A DNA stretch of 63,549 nt, filler included, from Octopus bimaculoides (GCF_001194135.2; 11 parts of 9 records of this genome joined end to end with filler, not necessarily neighbours in it); one strand, 5' to 3'; shown: positions 1 through 12,687, counted from the first letter of the whole stretch. Notes: generated by a model from the letters alone, not told the origin. Program-made: numbers and translations.

Positions 1-104
1 TATATATATATATATATTAAATATATATTTTTTTATAAAACAAAATTTTATAAATTATATAGTATCTGTTAACAGTCTTAGCAAAACCCCACAGGTGAGT
101 TTTT

Positions 105-138
<34 letters not shown>

Positions 139-304
139 TTATATATAGTAATACCTCACCATATCGTAGTTCACCTATCACAGTTTATTATTTAATATTA
201 CGTAGGTTCCTCTGTGGTGTTATTTTGCATTTATAATAAAATAAATATACAAAAATTACAAAAAAAAAGATTTTAGAAATATACATCACAATACTATTTC
301 TTAT

Positions 305-528
305 TTCTTTATTGCCTACAAGGGGCTAAACAGAGGGGACAAACAAACGGATTGAGTCGATCATATCGACCCCAGTGCGTAACTGGTACTTAATTTATCG
401 AACCCGAAAGAATGAAAGGTAAAGTCAACCTCGGCGGAATTTGAACTCTGAACGTAACGACAGACGAAATACAGCTAAGCATTTCGTCCGGTGTGCTATC
501 GTTTCTGCCAGCAAGCTCATCGCCTTTA
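305..528 (-). mobile_element. tRNA-derived SINE, family 1 (head GGCGGCGAGCTGGCAGAAACGTTAGC; octopus OK-like)
   Basis: Shares the B-box-like GAGTTCAAATTCC and the central TTTCATCCTTTCGGGGTCGATAAATTAAGTACCAGTT with many other copies in the window (e.g. 22030, 24180, 40339, 45327, 46654, 52873). Family name is from memory. Confidence 0.85.
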
Positions 529-1149
529 AACCGCCTTTATACATCACAATACTGTTTCTACTACGTGGATTTTCACCTATCGTGGGGTGTTTTGGAACTT
601 AGCACCCGTGATAGTCCACGGATTACTGTGTGCCTATATATATATATATATATNNNNNNNNNNNNNNNNNNNNNNNNNNNNNNNNNNNNNNNNNNNNNNN
701 NNNNNNNNNNNNNNNNNNNNNNNNNNNNNNNNNNNNNNNNNNNNNNNNNNNNNNNNNNNNNNNNNNNNNNNNNNNNNNNNNNNNNNNNNNNNNNNNNNNN
801 NNNNNNNNNNNNNNNNNNNNNNNNNNNNNNNNNNNNNNNNNNNNNNNNNNNNNNNNNNNNNNNNNNNNNNNNNNNNNNNNNNNNNNNNNNNNNNNNNNNN
901 NNNNNNNNNNNNNNNNNNNNNNNNNNNNNNNNNNNNNNNNNNNNNNNNNNNNNNNNNNNNNNNNNNNNNNNNNNNNNNNNNNNNNNNNNNNNNNNNNNNN
1001 NNNNNNNNNNNNNNNNNNNNNNNNNNNNNNNNNNNNNNNNNNNNNNATATATATATATATATATATACACACTTACATATATATAGTGGATTTTATTGTC
1101 GTGAACGATAGATAACGGTTTGGTAAAATAAAATTTTAATCATATTCTA

Positions 1150-1530
1150 TGGACACGAACGTGTCTCTTCAGGCCCACTTGGTACCTTGCAAACCTTTTA
1201 GCAAACGGGACAAGTTGAGGACTCAATTTGCTTGAGTGCCTATATATCGTTTACTATGTTTTTTCTTGAGGGGGACGACAAGGCTATCTTTGCTTCGTGC
1301 CATAGTGACTTGTAAGGTTTCCATTTAGAGAAGCTGCGTTTTGCCAGCGTGCCTTCATGCTTGCATGAAGTTGGTCTCGATACTGGAATCGATTTGCTCA
1401 AATCTTTGAACGGAGGAGAACGAAGACTGGTGCCAAGTCCTGCGTTCTAATGCTTTGTTTACTCAGGAAGAAAAGGGAATGTTGCATAGCTTAAGATTGT
1501 CATTAGTTTGTCGTTGAAGGGCAAGTGTGG
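1150..1530 (-). pseudogene. RTE-clade LINE, degenerate ORF C-terminus
   Basis: Minus frames give DNLKLCNIPFSS*VNKALERRTWHQSSFSSVQRFE and KRFARYQVGLKRHVRVH, resembling the RTE C-terminal region and terminal zinc-knuckle half. Stops and frameshifts present. Confidence 0.55.
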
Positions 1531-1579
1531 GTTTCCAACTGATCTTTCTCTGTGTGTGTGTGTATGTAGATATCTTCTG

Positions 1580-1872
1580 TATTTTACTTGTTTCAAACTT
1601 TAGTTGCGACCGTGCTAGGGCACCACATTCAAGGGTTCAGTCGAACAAATAAACCCCAGTATATGTTTATGCTTTGTACTTATTCTATCGGCATCTTCAT
1701 GCCGGACCGCTACGTTACATAAAAAGCTACACTTGTCAAGCTGTGGTGGGGACAAATACAAACGAAAACGCTTCCTTCCGTTTCCGTCAACCAAATCCAC
1801 TGCCGAGCCTTTGCTTTACTCGAAGCTGTAGCAGACGACATTTGGATCGAGGTTTCACTCTTTGGAACTGAA
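1580..1872 (-). mobile_element. tRNA-derived SINE, family 2 (OR/CORE-like), diverged
   Basis: Contains TTCCGTCAACCAAATCCAC and GGGGACAAA-type blocks shared with the copies at 15214 and 21166. Confidence 0.75.
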
Positions 1873-2766
1873 CACAAAAGCATATGGTTGGGAAGTAGAC
1901 TTGTATATATGTGTGCATGAAATATATTCTGTTATTCTTCAATACTAATATATTATACAAATATTTTGTTATATTTACCAATGATTTATTTGACACGTAT
2001 TGGAATGTTAGTCACGATGCCAACATTAACACTTTTATTTATTAATCGGAAAAGTGTTTCGAGATGTTAATTTTATAGCAATTTTTAAAACATTTCGCTT
2101 ATATAAATTCGAGAACTCCTTATATCAGTGATTTATTTACATTTTACTGGATCTTCATTTAAATATTTAATCAGCTATTTTAATTAACGTTCCTAGTGAG
2201 ACAATACATTTTGCATAATTCAAAATATTATCTTCCCTGATTTATATTTTTAAAGTTATATTATGTCACATTGTAAGAAATTAACTAAAAGCAACATCAC
2301 TTTTAATGGCAATATTAATCCTTGGTACATTTTCATCTGTTCTAGCGATCATTCACCTTTATTTAAATTAAATATTTGCATCAGCAAAACCGAATCATTT
2401 CTGAAAAAATTGCTATCTTTACATCATATCTATATCTTTGAAAAATATCATATTTATCCTTTAGATATATTATTGACAGTTTCTTGCAAACATTGCCTGG
2501 TTAAAATTTTACATTTCAATGAATAACTTTTTTCCTACGAGCATTAACTGTCAGAATAATCCATTTAATACGTTTATATTAAACACTCAAGCCACACATA
2601 TTCTCACATATCTATTGAAGCAAGTATGATTCATGCTTGCTTTTTCTACATTTTCCCCCACTTCTAACGAGAGGCTGATTACATCAGGATCCTTATCTTC
2701 CAGTCTTTAGATTTCTCTCCCTTCAGCTCTATTTAATCCGAACAATATAATCTAGTTCTCTCAATC

Positions 2767-2809
<43 letters not shown>

Positions 2810-3883
2810 GCCTCTCGATATATATGTATAGTCATTTTTACTATTTTAATATTTATTACTTTGTACTATTTTGATTTTTATTACAGGTCTTTTTAGTGTA
2901 TTTACTTATTACATTTTTTCTATATGTGATTGTAGCTTTTCATGGATGAATTCAATAATTGTGTTTTTTCCCCCTAAATTATATATATATATAGGCTTCC
3001 ACCGTCTTCCTTTTCTCTTGAACTTTTCTGTGTTTCCGAAGAAGAGCTTTGCCTGAAATGCTAAAACATTTTCCCTTCCCTGAGTTTCTCTTAACACTTT
3101 ACATGTACCACGTCCCTGTGTTGTTGTTTTTTGTGGTTGTTCTTCGTTTTTGGGGGGATTTAGTATATATATATATATATAGATATATAATATATGTTCC
3201 ATTCAAAAATATCATCTGGTAGATGATGTTTATTCACCGTTAATATCTCCCATTTCCACCCTTCATATCTCCCACATTCTCAAGAAGTTTCTGGTACTTG
3301 GGGGCATGCTATCCTCAGTGTATTTCCTGGAAGATCTCTGAGCGTCTCCTTGATCTTAACGACCAATGCAGCCGTGGTGTTACAAGAAAAGTAATCGGTT
3401 TCTTTCTGAATCGCACTCCATGCATTTTAATCCACGGCATTACAAAGAAGGAGTTAGGAGGGCAGTAATTTGGGCCGATGTAGTTGTAGAAATTCTCCGG
3501 CGAAAATTTCTGATACTTTCCAGAGTTTTGGCAATGTATTTCGCGCTTTTGTACAAATGGTAGCGAAGTGCCTCATTCGCAGACAGCTTCGTGTTGGCGA
3601 TTCCAACAAACACCTCCCTTGCAAAACCCCACATCTCCTTATACAGTTACTCCTCCTTAAACCTTTTCCTCCTCTCTATCACGTCTTTTATTTACATATT
3701 TATCTTTATTATTCCTATATTTATCTACATTATACACGCACACACAGACACACACAGACACACAGACACAGACACACACACAGACACACACACAGACACA
3801 CACACACAGACACACACAGACAGACACACACACACACACNNNNNNNNNNACACAGACACACACACACAGACACACACAGACAG

Positions 3884-3925
<42 letters not shown>

Positions 3926-3930
<5 letters not shown>

Positions 3931-4021
3931 GCGATAACAAAATGGAGGGTCATAGGTGGTATTCATCAACTTGCAAGTTGATGAATACCACCTATAACCC
4001 TCCATTTTGTTATCGCTATAT
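3926..4021. repeat. 96-bp near-perfect palindrome (48-bp arms, no loop)
   Basis: Centre between 3973 and 3974 (AACTTG|CAAGTT). Only mismatch is C3951/A3996. The ORF track shows near-identical peptides on both strands. Confidence 0.95.
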
Positions 4022-4279
4022 TGTGTCAATTTACCTGTTTATTTGTTTACTAAAAGGACAATAATGACGTTATACAAACACATGCGACATACTGTGTCAT
4101 ATCAGTAATTAAAAAAGGATAGCTATAGGTAGATATATGTGTACATATATAGAGATATGTGCGTGCGTATATGGATATACGCGTGCATGCGATAATATAC
4201 GCAGTTTTAGACGCGTTTTGACCTTGTCATTACACAATAATTTCCCTTTTTTTTTTAACGGTCATTTTTCACAGGAATT

Positions 4280-4364
4280 TTCAGTTGGCCAGATAACTGA
4301 AGAGATGTTGGCGTGGGTTGCCACCCTGGCATCCGAAACTCTGAGTTTTATCATGGCTACTGAA
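4280..4364 (+). ncRNA. Type I hammerhead ribozyme motif (Penelope/retrozyme-like)
   Basis: Helix I GAUAA(4292-96)/UUAUC(4348-52); core CUGAAGA 4297-4303; helix II GAUGUUGG/CUGGCAUC plus GUGG/CCAC; GAAA 4335-38; quasi-palindromic helix III ACUC-U-GAGU; cleavage triplet GUU (4345-47); distal helix I UUCAGU..GGCC/GGCU..ACUGAA. Confidence 0.8.
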
Positions 4365-4847
4365 TAAGTGTCACATATTTTTACAGATAAATTCCTCTAA
4401 TTGCATAATATCGAAGTCTCTTTCTTTCTTTTTTTGTCCTTCCTGTCAAATATATATATATATATGTGTGTGTGTAAGTAGGTAAAGAATATGATGGGGT
4501 GGTCATTCGTTAGGTCTACAGCTGAGTCGGGACTTAGTAGTCCGTAGTAAGCTTCCAATTTAACAGGTACATATTATCGGAGAAAGGACGAAATCAAACC
4601 AAGGAAGGACGAGTATCTCAAGTTATCAAAAATATTTAATTACAGCAAGGTGATTTTGAAGTAATAAATTAATTAGCTTTTTCCTGGGATATCCCAAGTT
4701 AGCATCGCTGTACACTGTGCATTCTGCCATCAGAGACAAGGTGCGTATGTAGGAAAGTTCTAGACTGCAAATTCATAGTTTATAAAGAAATAAAATAGTA
4801 GATAGAAGAATAAAGAGTAAAACTACAGATGTATGTATATATGTATG

Positions 4848-4878
<31 letters not shown>

Positions 4879-5459
4879 AGTATGTATGTATGTATGTATG
4901 TATGTATAGAATGTATGTATGTATGTAGTTATAGTATGTATGTCTGTATAGTATAGTATGTGTAGTTGCACACACACATGTAAACATACACAATTAAATA
5001 CACTTGTATATATTATACATGGGAGTATGTAGGTAGATACAAGTTTTTGTGCGTATGTATGGTATAGAGAATGAAGATGACATGTGAAGAATCGGGTAAA
5101 GAGCAGAATACCGATTAAGAAAAGCGTTAGAGGAACAATTGGAGACGTAGGTAGGCTAATTGTTCAAAGTCGGAAAGAGTAAGATCAGTAATGGTGGTGA
5201 TATTTGATATTAAAGAAATAACGGTCTTGCAGGTGGTATATTGTATGAACAGAAAATGTCGGATTCAGTAAAGATACTTTAGTTTAACGAGACCTCCTCC
5301 TCTAAGTTTCACTTGCACGGATTCCCTGGAGCAAAAGCATAATTAATGATGTTCACATAATGTATACACATGATAACAATTTATATTGTCTAAATATAAG
5401 GCCATACACATGACTGTGCATACATATCCGAACACAGATATTATATATGTATATACATG

Positions 5460-5498
<39 letters not shown>

Positions 5499-5637
5499 AT
5501 ATATATATATACATGCATACATATGTATCCATGAATGTATACATGTTGGTAGGTGCTTATGCATATATGTATATATGATTGTATGCATTTATGTATGTAT
5601 GTAAGTAAGTGTATGAGCACATGTGGGTACTTATATG

Positions 5638-5706
<69 letters not shown>

Positions 5707-5953
5707 ATGCGTTTGTGTGCGAATGAATGAGTTGCTAAGCATCGGTATGTGCGTATAACTATGTCTGTATATACTTATGTTTGAATCATAAACATAAAAT
5801 ATTTATATCACTCTGCAGAAAGTATTATATATATATATATACATACATACATGTATGTATGTATGTATATATTGACAATATTGTAAATAAAGATTACTCC
5901 GAAGTGACCATAGCTTAGCCAGCCCTTAATTCTATAATAATATACCACCTTTT

Positions 5954-6030
5954 AAACCAACACAGGTTTCAATTAGTTGTCGTTGTAATTGCAGCGCTAC
6001 AATACAGCGGTGCAGTCTCTTCGGGGTCTT
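5954..6030 (-). ncRNA. Possible degenerate hammerhead motif with long helix II
   Basis: AGACC/GGUUU helix I, CCGAAGA core (U4C), GAAAC...GUU, inner UGCA/UGCA and CGCUG/UAGCG stems. Base of helix II is imperfect. Confidence 0.3.
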
Positions 6031-6195
6031 AACTTGATAATCTTCGGCATGAATATATATGTAAACCTGTGTGCATATGTTTGAATATGTGAAGTTGTGT
6101 GTATATATTTATGATTGAAACATCATGATACGCCCATATATATACGCCTGTGCATACACACGCCCACAGATCTTGTGTGTATATATATATCTATA

Positions 6196-6240
<45 letters not shown>

Positions 6241-7168
6241 GAAGGTTTGAAAATGCACTTATTTTAAAAAATATTTATTTACTTAACCGGTTTCACTTTT
6301 TTAGAAAAAGATTATCAAAAGTCTTTGAGAATAATAAAAAATGTTAGAAAACAGTTTGGGTATTAAAATGCATATATACATTCTTTGATGATAAAATATA
6401 TTTAAAGTATAAATCTTTGTATGAACTTTGTATTGATACATACTGATTATCACACATTCTCTGNNNNNNNNNNNNNNNNNNNNNNNNNNNNNNNNNNNNN
6501 NNNNNNNNNNNNNNNNNNNNNNNNNNNNNNNNNNNNNNNNNNNNNNNNNNNNNNNNNNNNNNNNNNNNNNNNNNNNNNNNNNNNNNNNNNNNNNNNNNNN
6601 NNNNNNNNNNNNNNNNNNNNNNNNNNNNNNNNNNNNNNNNNNNNNNNNNNNNNNNNNNNNNNNNNNNNNNNNNNNNNNNNNNNNNNNNNNNNNNNNNNNN
6701 NNNNNNNNNNNNNNNNNNNNNNNNNNNNNNNNNNNNNNNNNNNNNNNNNNNNNNNNNNNNNNNNNNNNNNNNNNNNNNNNNNNNNNNNNNNNNNNNNNNN
6801 NNNNNNNNNNNNNNNNNNNNNNNNNNNNNNNNNNNNNNNNNNNNNNNNNNNNNNNNNNNNNNNNNNNNNNNNNNNNNNNNNNNNNNNNNNNNNNNNNNNN
6901 NNNNNNNNNNNNNNNNNNNNNNNNNNNNNNNNNNNNNNNNNNNNNNNNNNNNNNNNNNNNNNNNNNNNNNNNNNNNNNNNNNNNNNNNNNNNNNNNNNNN
7001 NNNNNTATATATATATATATATGATCTTCCATAAAGATCGTTGAATTTGAATTGGCTGACACTTTGGTGTTTTGAAGTTTGAAGGCGTGCTTTTACCATG
7101 TTTGCTATCTGCTTTCACTCAGATTAATAGTTTTTTTGTTTGTTCTTCAGAATTGTGTGCAGTTTGTC

Positions 7169-8256
7169 ATGGAGATGTTTACAACTGAGCAACGCGTTCT
7201 CACTGTGATGACATTTTACCAAAACGGAAAAAGTGCGACGCAGACAGCGCGAGCAATTCGTACCATTTTCGGGAGAAATGAAGCACCGAAAAAGAGTCTA
7301 GGGTTCGCAGACTAATGACGAAGTTTAGAGCAACTGGTTTACTTGCAACGGTCAAATCACCAGGACGGAATCGTTCTCGTCTGACAGAGCAGCAAATTGC
7401 TGTTGCGAAAGACAGTGTCGCTCTGTGTACCGGGAAAATCGATTCGCAACAGTTGGGCATCTATAAAACTTCATTACATTGAATTTAGCATATAAAGATC
7501 TTTATATGCATGCGTAGAAATTTTCAATTTACGCAGCATCTTCAGCCACCTGACCACGGGAGACGGGGGAAATTTGCTAACCGCGTTGTGGAGAGACTTG
7601 TAGCTGACGAAAATTTTGCAAAGAGAACCATCTTCAGAGATGAGTCCCACTTCCACTTGAGTGGATTTGTCAATACGAAGGGCTGTCGGATTTGGGGAAA
7701 AGAAAAACCTCAAATAATGCAAGAACGTGAAAAGTATCCACTGAAAGTGACTGTGTGATGTGGTGTTTGGGCAGGTGGAGTGCTTGGATCGTTCTTCTTT
7801 GCAAATGATGAGGAGACAGCAGTTACTATTATTGGAGAACGTTACCGAAACATGATATCCCCTCAGTTATGGCCGAACATGAATGATACAGAGAGTGAAA
7901 ACATCTGGTTTCAGCAGCATGCAGCGACCTGTCACACTCTGCGCCAAACGCTTGTATTACTACACGAAAGATTTCCGCAACGAGTGATATCCTTGCAGAG
8001 TGACCAAAAATGGCCACCAAGATCCTGCGATCTTACCCCTTGTGATTTCGTCTTGTGGTGGTATGTGAAAGCATAGGTATACGACAAGAAACCATGCAAA
8101 ATTCCTGAATTCAAGGCTGAAATCAGGCGTGTGATTGGAGGCAACGTGCCACACATCTGTGAGACAGTTATCGGAAATTTCGAGGTGCGCATAAATGTAT
8201 TCGGTGGACATAGGACCGACATTGATTTCCATACCTTAAACAAGAGACAGACTTGA
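7169..8256 (+). mobile_element. Tc1/mariner transposase pseudogene, DD41D (rosa-type)
   Basis: Fragments read MEMFTTEQRV..., IFRDESHFHLSGFVN..CRIWG, WFQQHAATCH and WPPRSCDLTPCDF. There are 41 residues between the second catalytic position (D mutated to H) and the third D. In-frame stops and frameshifts; TIRs not identified. Confidence 0.9.
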
Positions 8257-10178
8257 TAAACTAGAAAGAGTGGCAAATTTTAGTGTCGCGTTCGAATGTT
8301 TGGAATTAACATCAACCGGTAATATTTGTAATAAAATATCATAAAATATCTATAATAATATGAAAATGATAAATTCTATAGAATTCTATAAAGATACTGA
8401 TGCTGTATGGAAATCATTTGAAGATCACGGAAAACGAAATGAGTTTCGTTTTTCTTGCAGTGATGATACAAATAACATTCAAGGTTTATTCTATTGACTA
8501 CTCTCTGACTATTTCAGTCATTATTTGTATCATCTTCGTTTCGGCGAACAAGGGTTCATCAATCTACACTTAAAAGTTGATCATCACTTTATGGCCGCTT
8601 ATGTACAAAATGATGACCTTCAGTAAAATCCTCCACCTGTCCGCATCGCCTATTTCTCCATCGCCCCTGCGTTTATGAAGGGAGAGTAACGGTATGAAGG
8701 GAGTGTAATGGTGTTCGTGTCGGTGTCTTAGTTCACTGAGCAACCTGCACGTTGAATATTATTGTTGTGCGTTTGGTTTTAGCAGAGCAGTCTAATTTTC
8801 TCGTCCTCCAAATATGTATTAGGCTGGTGCTAGTGCTGGTGCAGGATTTGCCTGGAGTCACCTTCTCTTAGATGAGCAGCTAAAGAGTTGAAATGCCTCA
8901 TCTACTTTGGGTCGGTTGGGGTGTCTTTGAGGGATCTTCATCAGGAAGTAATTCCGTGTCATACTAATTAACTCACAGTTAAGATCCTCTCAGGTACTAT
9001 TACGATTCATCAGAGCAGATCTGAGTCAAATAGTGACTAAGCAATGGTTCCACACTCAAAATCCCAGAACAAACAATCGAAAACAGCCATTAATAGATGC
9101 AGTTTAAAATCATATCCAAATAAAAACAAACAATATTTTTGGATCGTTCTTTGGCTCATAAACCTGTGTTTCGGCAGCTCCTTCAATATTCAAACCAGAC
9201 CTGGATTTCTTAAGCCTTTATTTTGCCAATCTCGGATAAATTTACAGCATGTAATATAGCAAGAATTGTTTCCATCACCAACTCACAATGAATTGCGTGG
9301 TATATTTCTGTTGGGGTAATTACTTTTTGTAATAACTTTTTCTGACATTTTCATTTTCACATGAACTACATTTATTTTCCCTTTCCTGTTATTAAATCTT
9401 AAATACTGAAAGATATCTGGAGATATCAACAACTTATAGAAACATTTCGATATCTTATCCGATTTAGGTTATAGAAGATAATGAACTTCAGTGCTACAAA
9501 ATTGCAAATGGTCTATCATCAAATGAAAACACAGCACCTAGGAAGGGAGAACTATAGACAATAGTTTTCTTAGGGTCAACATATATCAATAATTTTGTAA
9601 TTAGAATTAGAAGCGTAGAATAAATGTAATCACCTATTATGTATAATGGAATATTTCCCGTCATATGACAGGTGACTTTTGAAGTATACTTTTGTTATCA
9701 GAATCATGTCATGAAATCTAACATTCATGTGTCATTATCAAATGTGTACATTCCAGAAACTTGTCATTGTCTGGCATTAAGGTTCATAGCATACTCATCC
9801 TGTGATTATGCGAACTTTCACTGTATATTTCTCTTACGTAAGCCAAGCTTGATATCATCAACGTTGTTTGGAATCACTTTGTCATGTGACATGTGGCACA
9901 CCGTGCATCGTCACAGGCAATGGAGATTTAACGGAAGGAGCAGAAACATTTGATCCATAAGAAAAAAAATCTGTGCATGTTGATCAACAAATCGGTTGGG
10001 CAACACAATCCTGAGTTACCAATCTCGGAACCCTCATCTATCGTTTACAACCACAGAGATTGCCATAATTCTTTAACTCTCACATTCTCTCCCACTCTCT
10101 CTGCAAAAATCAGTGAGTGAAAAAATGACAAAACTCACCAGTAGAAATTTGTATTGGCTAATATCATTATCATTATTA

Positions 10179-10725
10179 AGTGAGAGAGCAGTGCATCCCA
10201 TTATAGTGATACTGGGTTAAAATATACGAAACCCAGTATACACAACATGGCTACCCATCTGATAAGGGTACACCAGGCACATGCCTCACAACTACATGTG
10301 CGCAACATGATGATCTCATGTCAAGATAAACAGTGCATGACCTTGCAGTTAGAATTATCTTCAGGTCGAGTAGCCCATCCCGCTCAAAAGGTTCCTGAAT
10401 AACGATTGTTTATGAATGATGAATAAATCACTCACATTACCAAAGATGAATTATCTAAATGCCCAAAGCATTCCTCTCGACGCATGGCTATAATGCTCCC
10501 CCACTACTTCTGCTCGCGATCAGAGATGCTCATATCGTCAACCACCAAGGGATATGCTCAACTACTTAAGGTCAAACAACTGACAAGTAAATCTGTGTTA
10601 TTAAGCAGAATATTTGGTGTAGCCCATCTTTTATACCAAGACAAAACAATGCACATGATAACACTCCCAATCAGTTGAGATGAGAAGCCATGAGAGGCAC
10701 TGCCTGGTGCTGCATCAGGGCATTT
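10179..10725 (-). mobile_element. ~550-bp non-coding interspersed element bounded by AAT-type repeats (putative non-autonomous Dong/R4 partner)
   Basis: A second diverged copy of its 3' end lies at 11466-11620. Both end in ...CTCTC(T/A)(C/A)CT-AATAATAAT. No long ORF. Confidence 0.6.
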
Positions 10726-10731
10726 ATTATT

Positions 10732-10732
<1 letters not shown>

Positions 10733-10784
<52 letters not shown>
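10733..10784. repeat. (ATC)n microsatellite
   Basis: Direct reading. Confidence 0.95.
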
Positions 10785-11345
10785 ATACACTCAACAGATT
10801 AGACTAGGAAAAGAAAAAAATTCTAACATCGGGCTACCAGAAGTAACTTTTGATATAAAAATATCCTCAAGAATCGCCGTAAATATCCTAGCTGTCCCTA
10901 AAAACACTGTTTTCTGGAGTTGTACTAAACTGGGTTTTATACCTGTTTCCTGTAGCCATCTGTTGCAATCTTGAGGGATAGTTCCCAATGCACTTATAAC
11001 TACTGAGATACATTTTACCTGCACTTTCCATAGTCTCTGCAATTCAATAGCTAGATACTGGTACTTTGCTTTTTTTTTCCATGCTTTTCATAATAATTTT
11101 TTCATCATTTGGGACTGCAGAGTCAATTATCTGGCATTTCCGATTCTCTTTATCTTCAACTACCAGATCAGGAATTCTAACTTTTATTACTCTGTCAGTT
11201 TGAATGTCGAAGCCTGACATATCTTATATTTTTTACTTTCTAGGATTTTACTAGGATCATCTTCATACAATTTATCAGTATGTTCAAAACCTAGCTTTGT
11301 ACATAACTCTCAGTGGATTACTCACGCTAGAATGTCATGTCATTT
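10785..11345 (-). mobile_element. Dong/R4-clade non-LTR retrotransposon 3' fragment (restriction-like endonuclease), subfamily A
   Basis: Translation FDIQTDRVIKVRIPDLVVEDKENRKCQIIDSAVPND...KYQYLAIELQRLWKVQVKCISVVISALGTIP gives the PD..D..K RLE motif. Frameshifted. Confidence 0.85.
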
Positions 11346-11351
11346 CTTGTA

Positions 11352-11463
<112 letters not shown>

Positions 11464-11465
11464 GG

Positions 11466-11620
11466 GTTAGAGAGCAGCGCATGCCATCAAAGTGTCACTG
11501 GAATGCAAATATACGAATTCTAATATGCCCATCATGACTACACGTCTGTTAAGGTTACACCGGGAAAATATATCGCCGAACATGCATCAGAACCCTATGT
11601 GTGCGACATAGTGATCACAA
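11466..11620 (-). mobile_element. 3' fragment of the 10179-10725 element
   Basis: GAGAGCAGCGCATGCCATCAAAGTGTCACTGG...CATCATGACTAC aligns by eye to 10180-10320. Confidence 0.7.
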
Positions 11621-12084
11621 GAGAGGATGCTCTTATTTATGAGCACGCGCACACATATATATTTACCGCTCCATAGAGGCCGTGTTATATTTGAAGCCAC
11701 TTTACACAATATATATTCGTGCAATGCCCTAGCCTTAAAATCTACTCCTTATGTTTTCACATTTATGAATGAAGGGGTTATTTTTCACTATTTTGTAACA
11801 TATTTCATGCAATTCTTTCGGTAAATCTTCTGATTTAAAATAGAAAGATATATTAATAATTGAACACATTTTCACCGCAAGCGTTCTACGAAGATAAAGC
11901 TATATTCTTAAAATAAACTTGAATATTATCACAAGTTTACAGGTAAAAAAAAAAAAAACACGTATTAAACAAACATGTGCATGCTCAGATACACGGACAG
12001 ACATAAGCACAGACTCATACGCAAGCGCAAGGAGACGAACACAAAAAAATGCCTAAAAGCATATATGTATACTAATGGGTGAAT

Positions 12085-12155
<71 letters not shown>

Positions 12156-12510
12156 TATGGCGTTTATGAGTACATCTGTATGTGCGTTTATGTGTTGTGT
12201 GTACGCTTGAAGCTCTTTAGCTTTGTGAAATAATTGCTATAAAATTATCATAAATCTCAGCCTTTAAATTTGCTTAAATGTTTCGTTTATTTCTCCCTGG
12301 CAATTTCATATTATTTATTTAAATTATAGATACTCTTTCGTTCTCTCTCTCTCTCTCCCTCTCACACACACATACACACAGACACGCAGACGCATTTACA
12401 CAAATGCACATAGATGTACATATAAGATTGTGGTCCTTAGGTCAGAAAAAGCACACATTATTTACATTATTTACGTTTGACGGATATTTGTTCTCTTCTT
12501 GTTTGCTGTT

Positions 12511-12556
12511 AACACAATATTTCGGCCTATATAACCTACAGCCTTCATCAGGTGTC
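12511..12556 (-). ncRNA. Minimal type I hammerhead ribozyme motif in a Penelope-like terminal fragment (about 12495-12605)
   Basis: GACAC CUGAUGA A GGCU..GGCC GAAA UA U U GUGUU. Helix I GACAC/GUGUU, helix II GGC(U)/(G)GCC, palindromic helix III AUAU, cleavage triplet AUU. Confidence 0.75.
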
Positions 12557-12635
12557 TTGGGGAAACGTCGCACCTAGGTTCTCATTCCTAAGGAATTTTT
12601 CAATATTAGTATTATTATTATTATTATTATTATTA

Positions 12636-12687
<52 letters not shown>

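Noticed and set aside
1145-1175. CUGAAGA followed by a perfect GACAC/GUGUC hairpin (minus strand) as a hammerhead
   Set aside because: No GAAA follows the stem, and it coincides with RTE coding sequence (GLKRHVRVH).
3200-3660. Possible degenerate Penelope ORF N-terminus (also 5085-5330 and 8560-8950)
   Set aside because: Only vague resemblance with many stops; no RT or GIY-YIG motif could be read.
8525-8556. UUGAUGA...GCCGAAACG on the minus strand
   Set aside because: C3 is mutated, and helices I and II do not pair.
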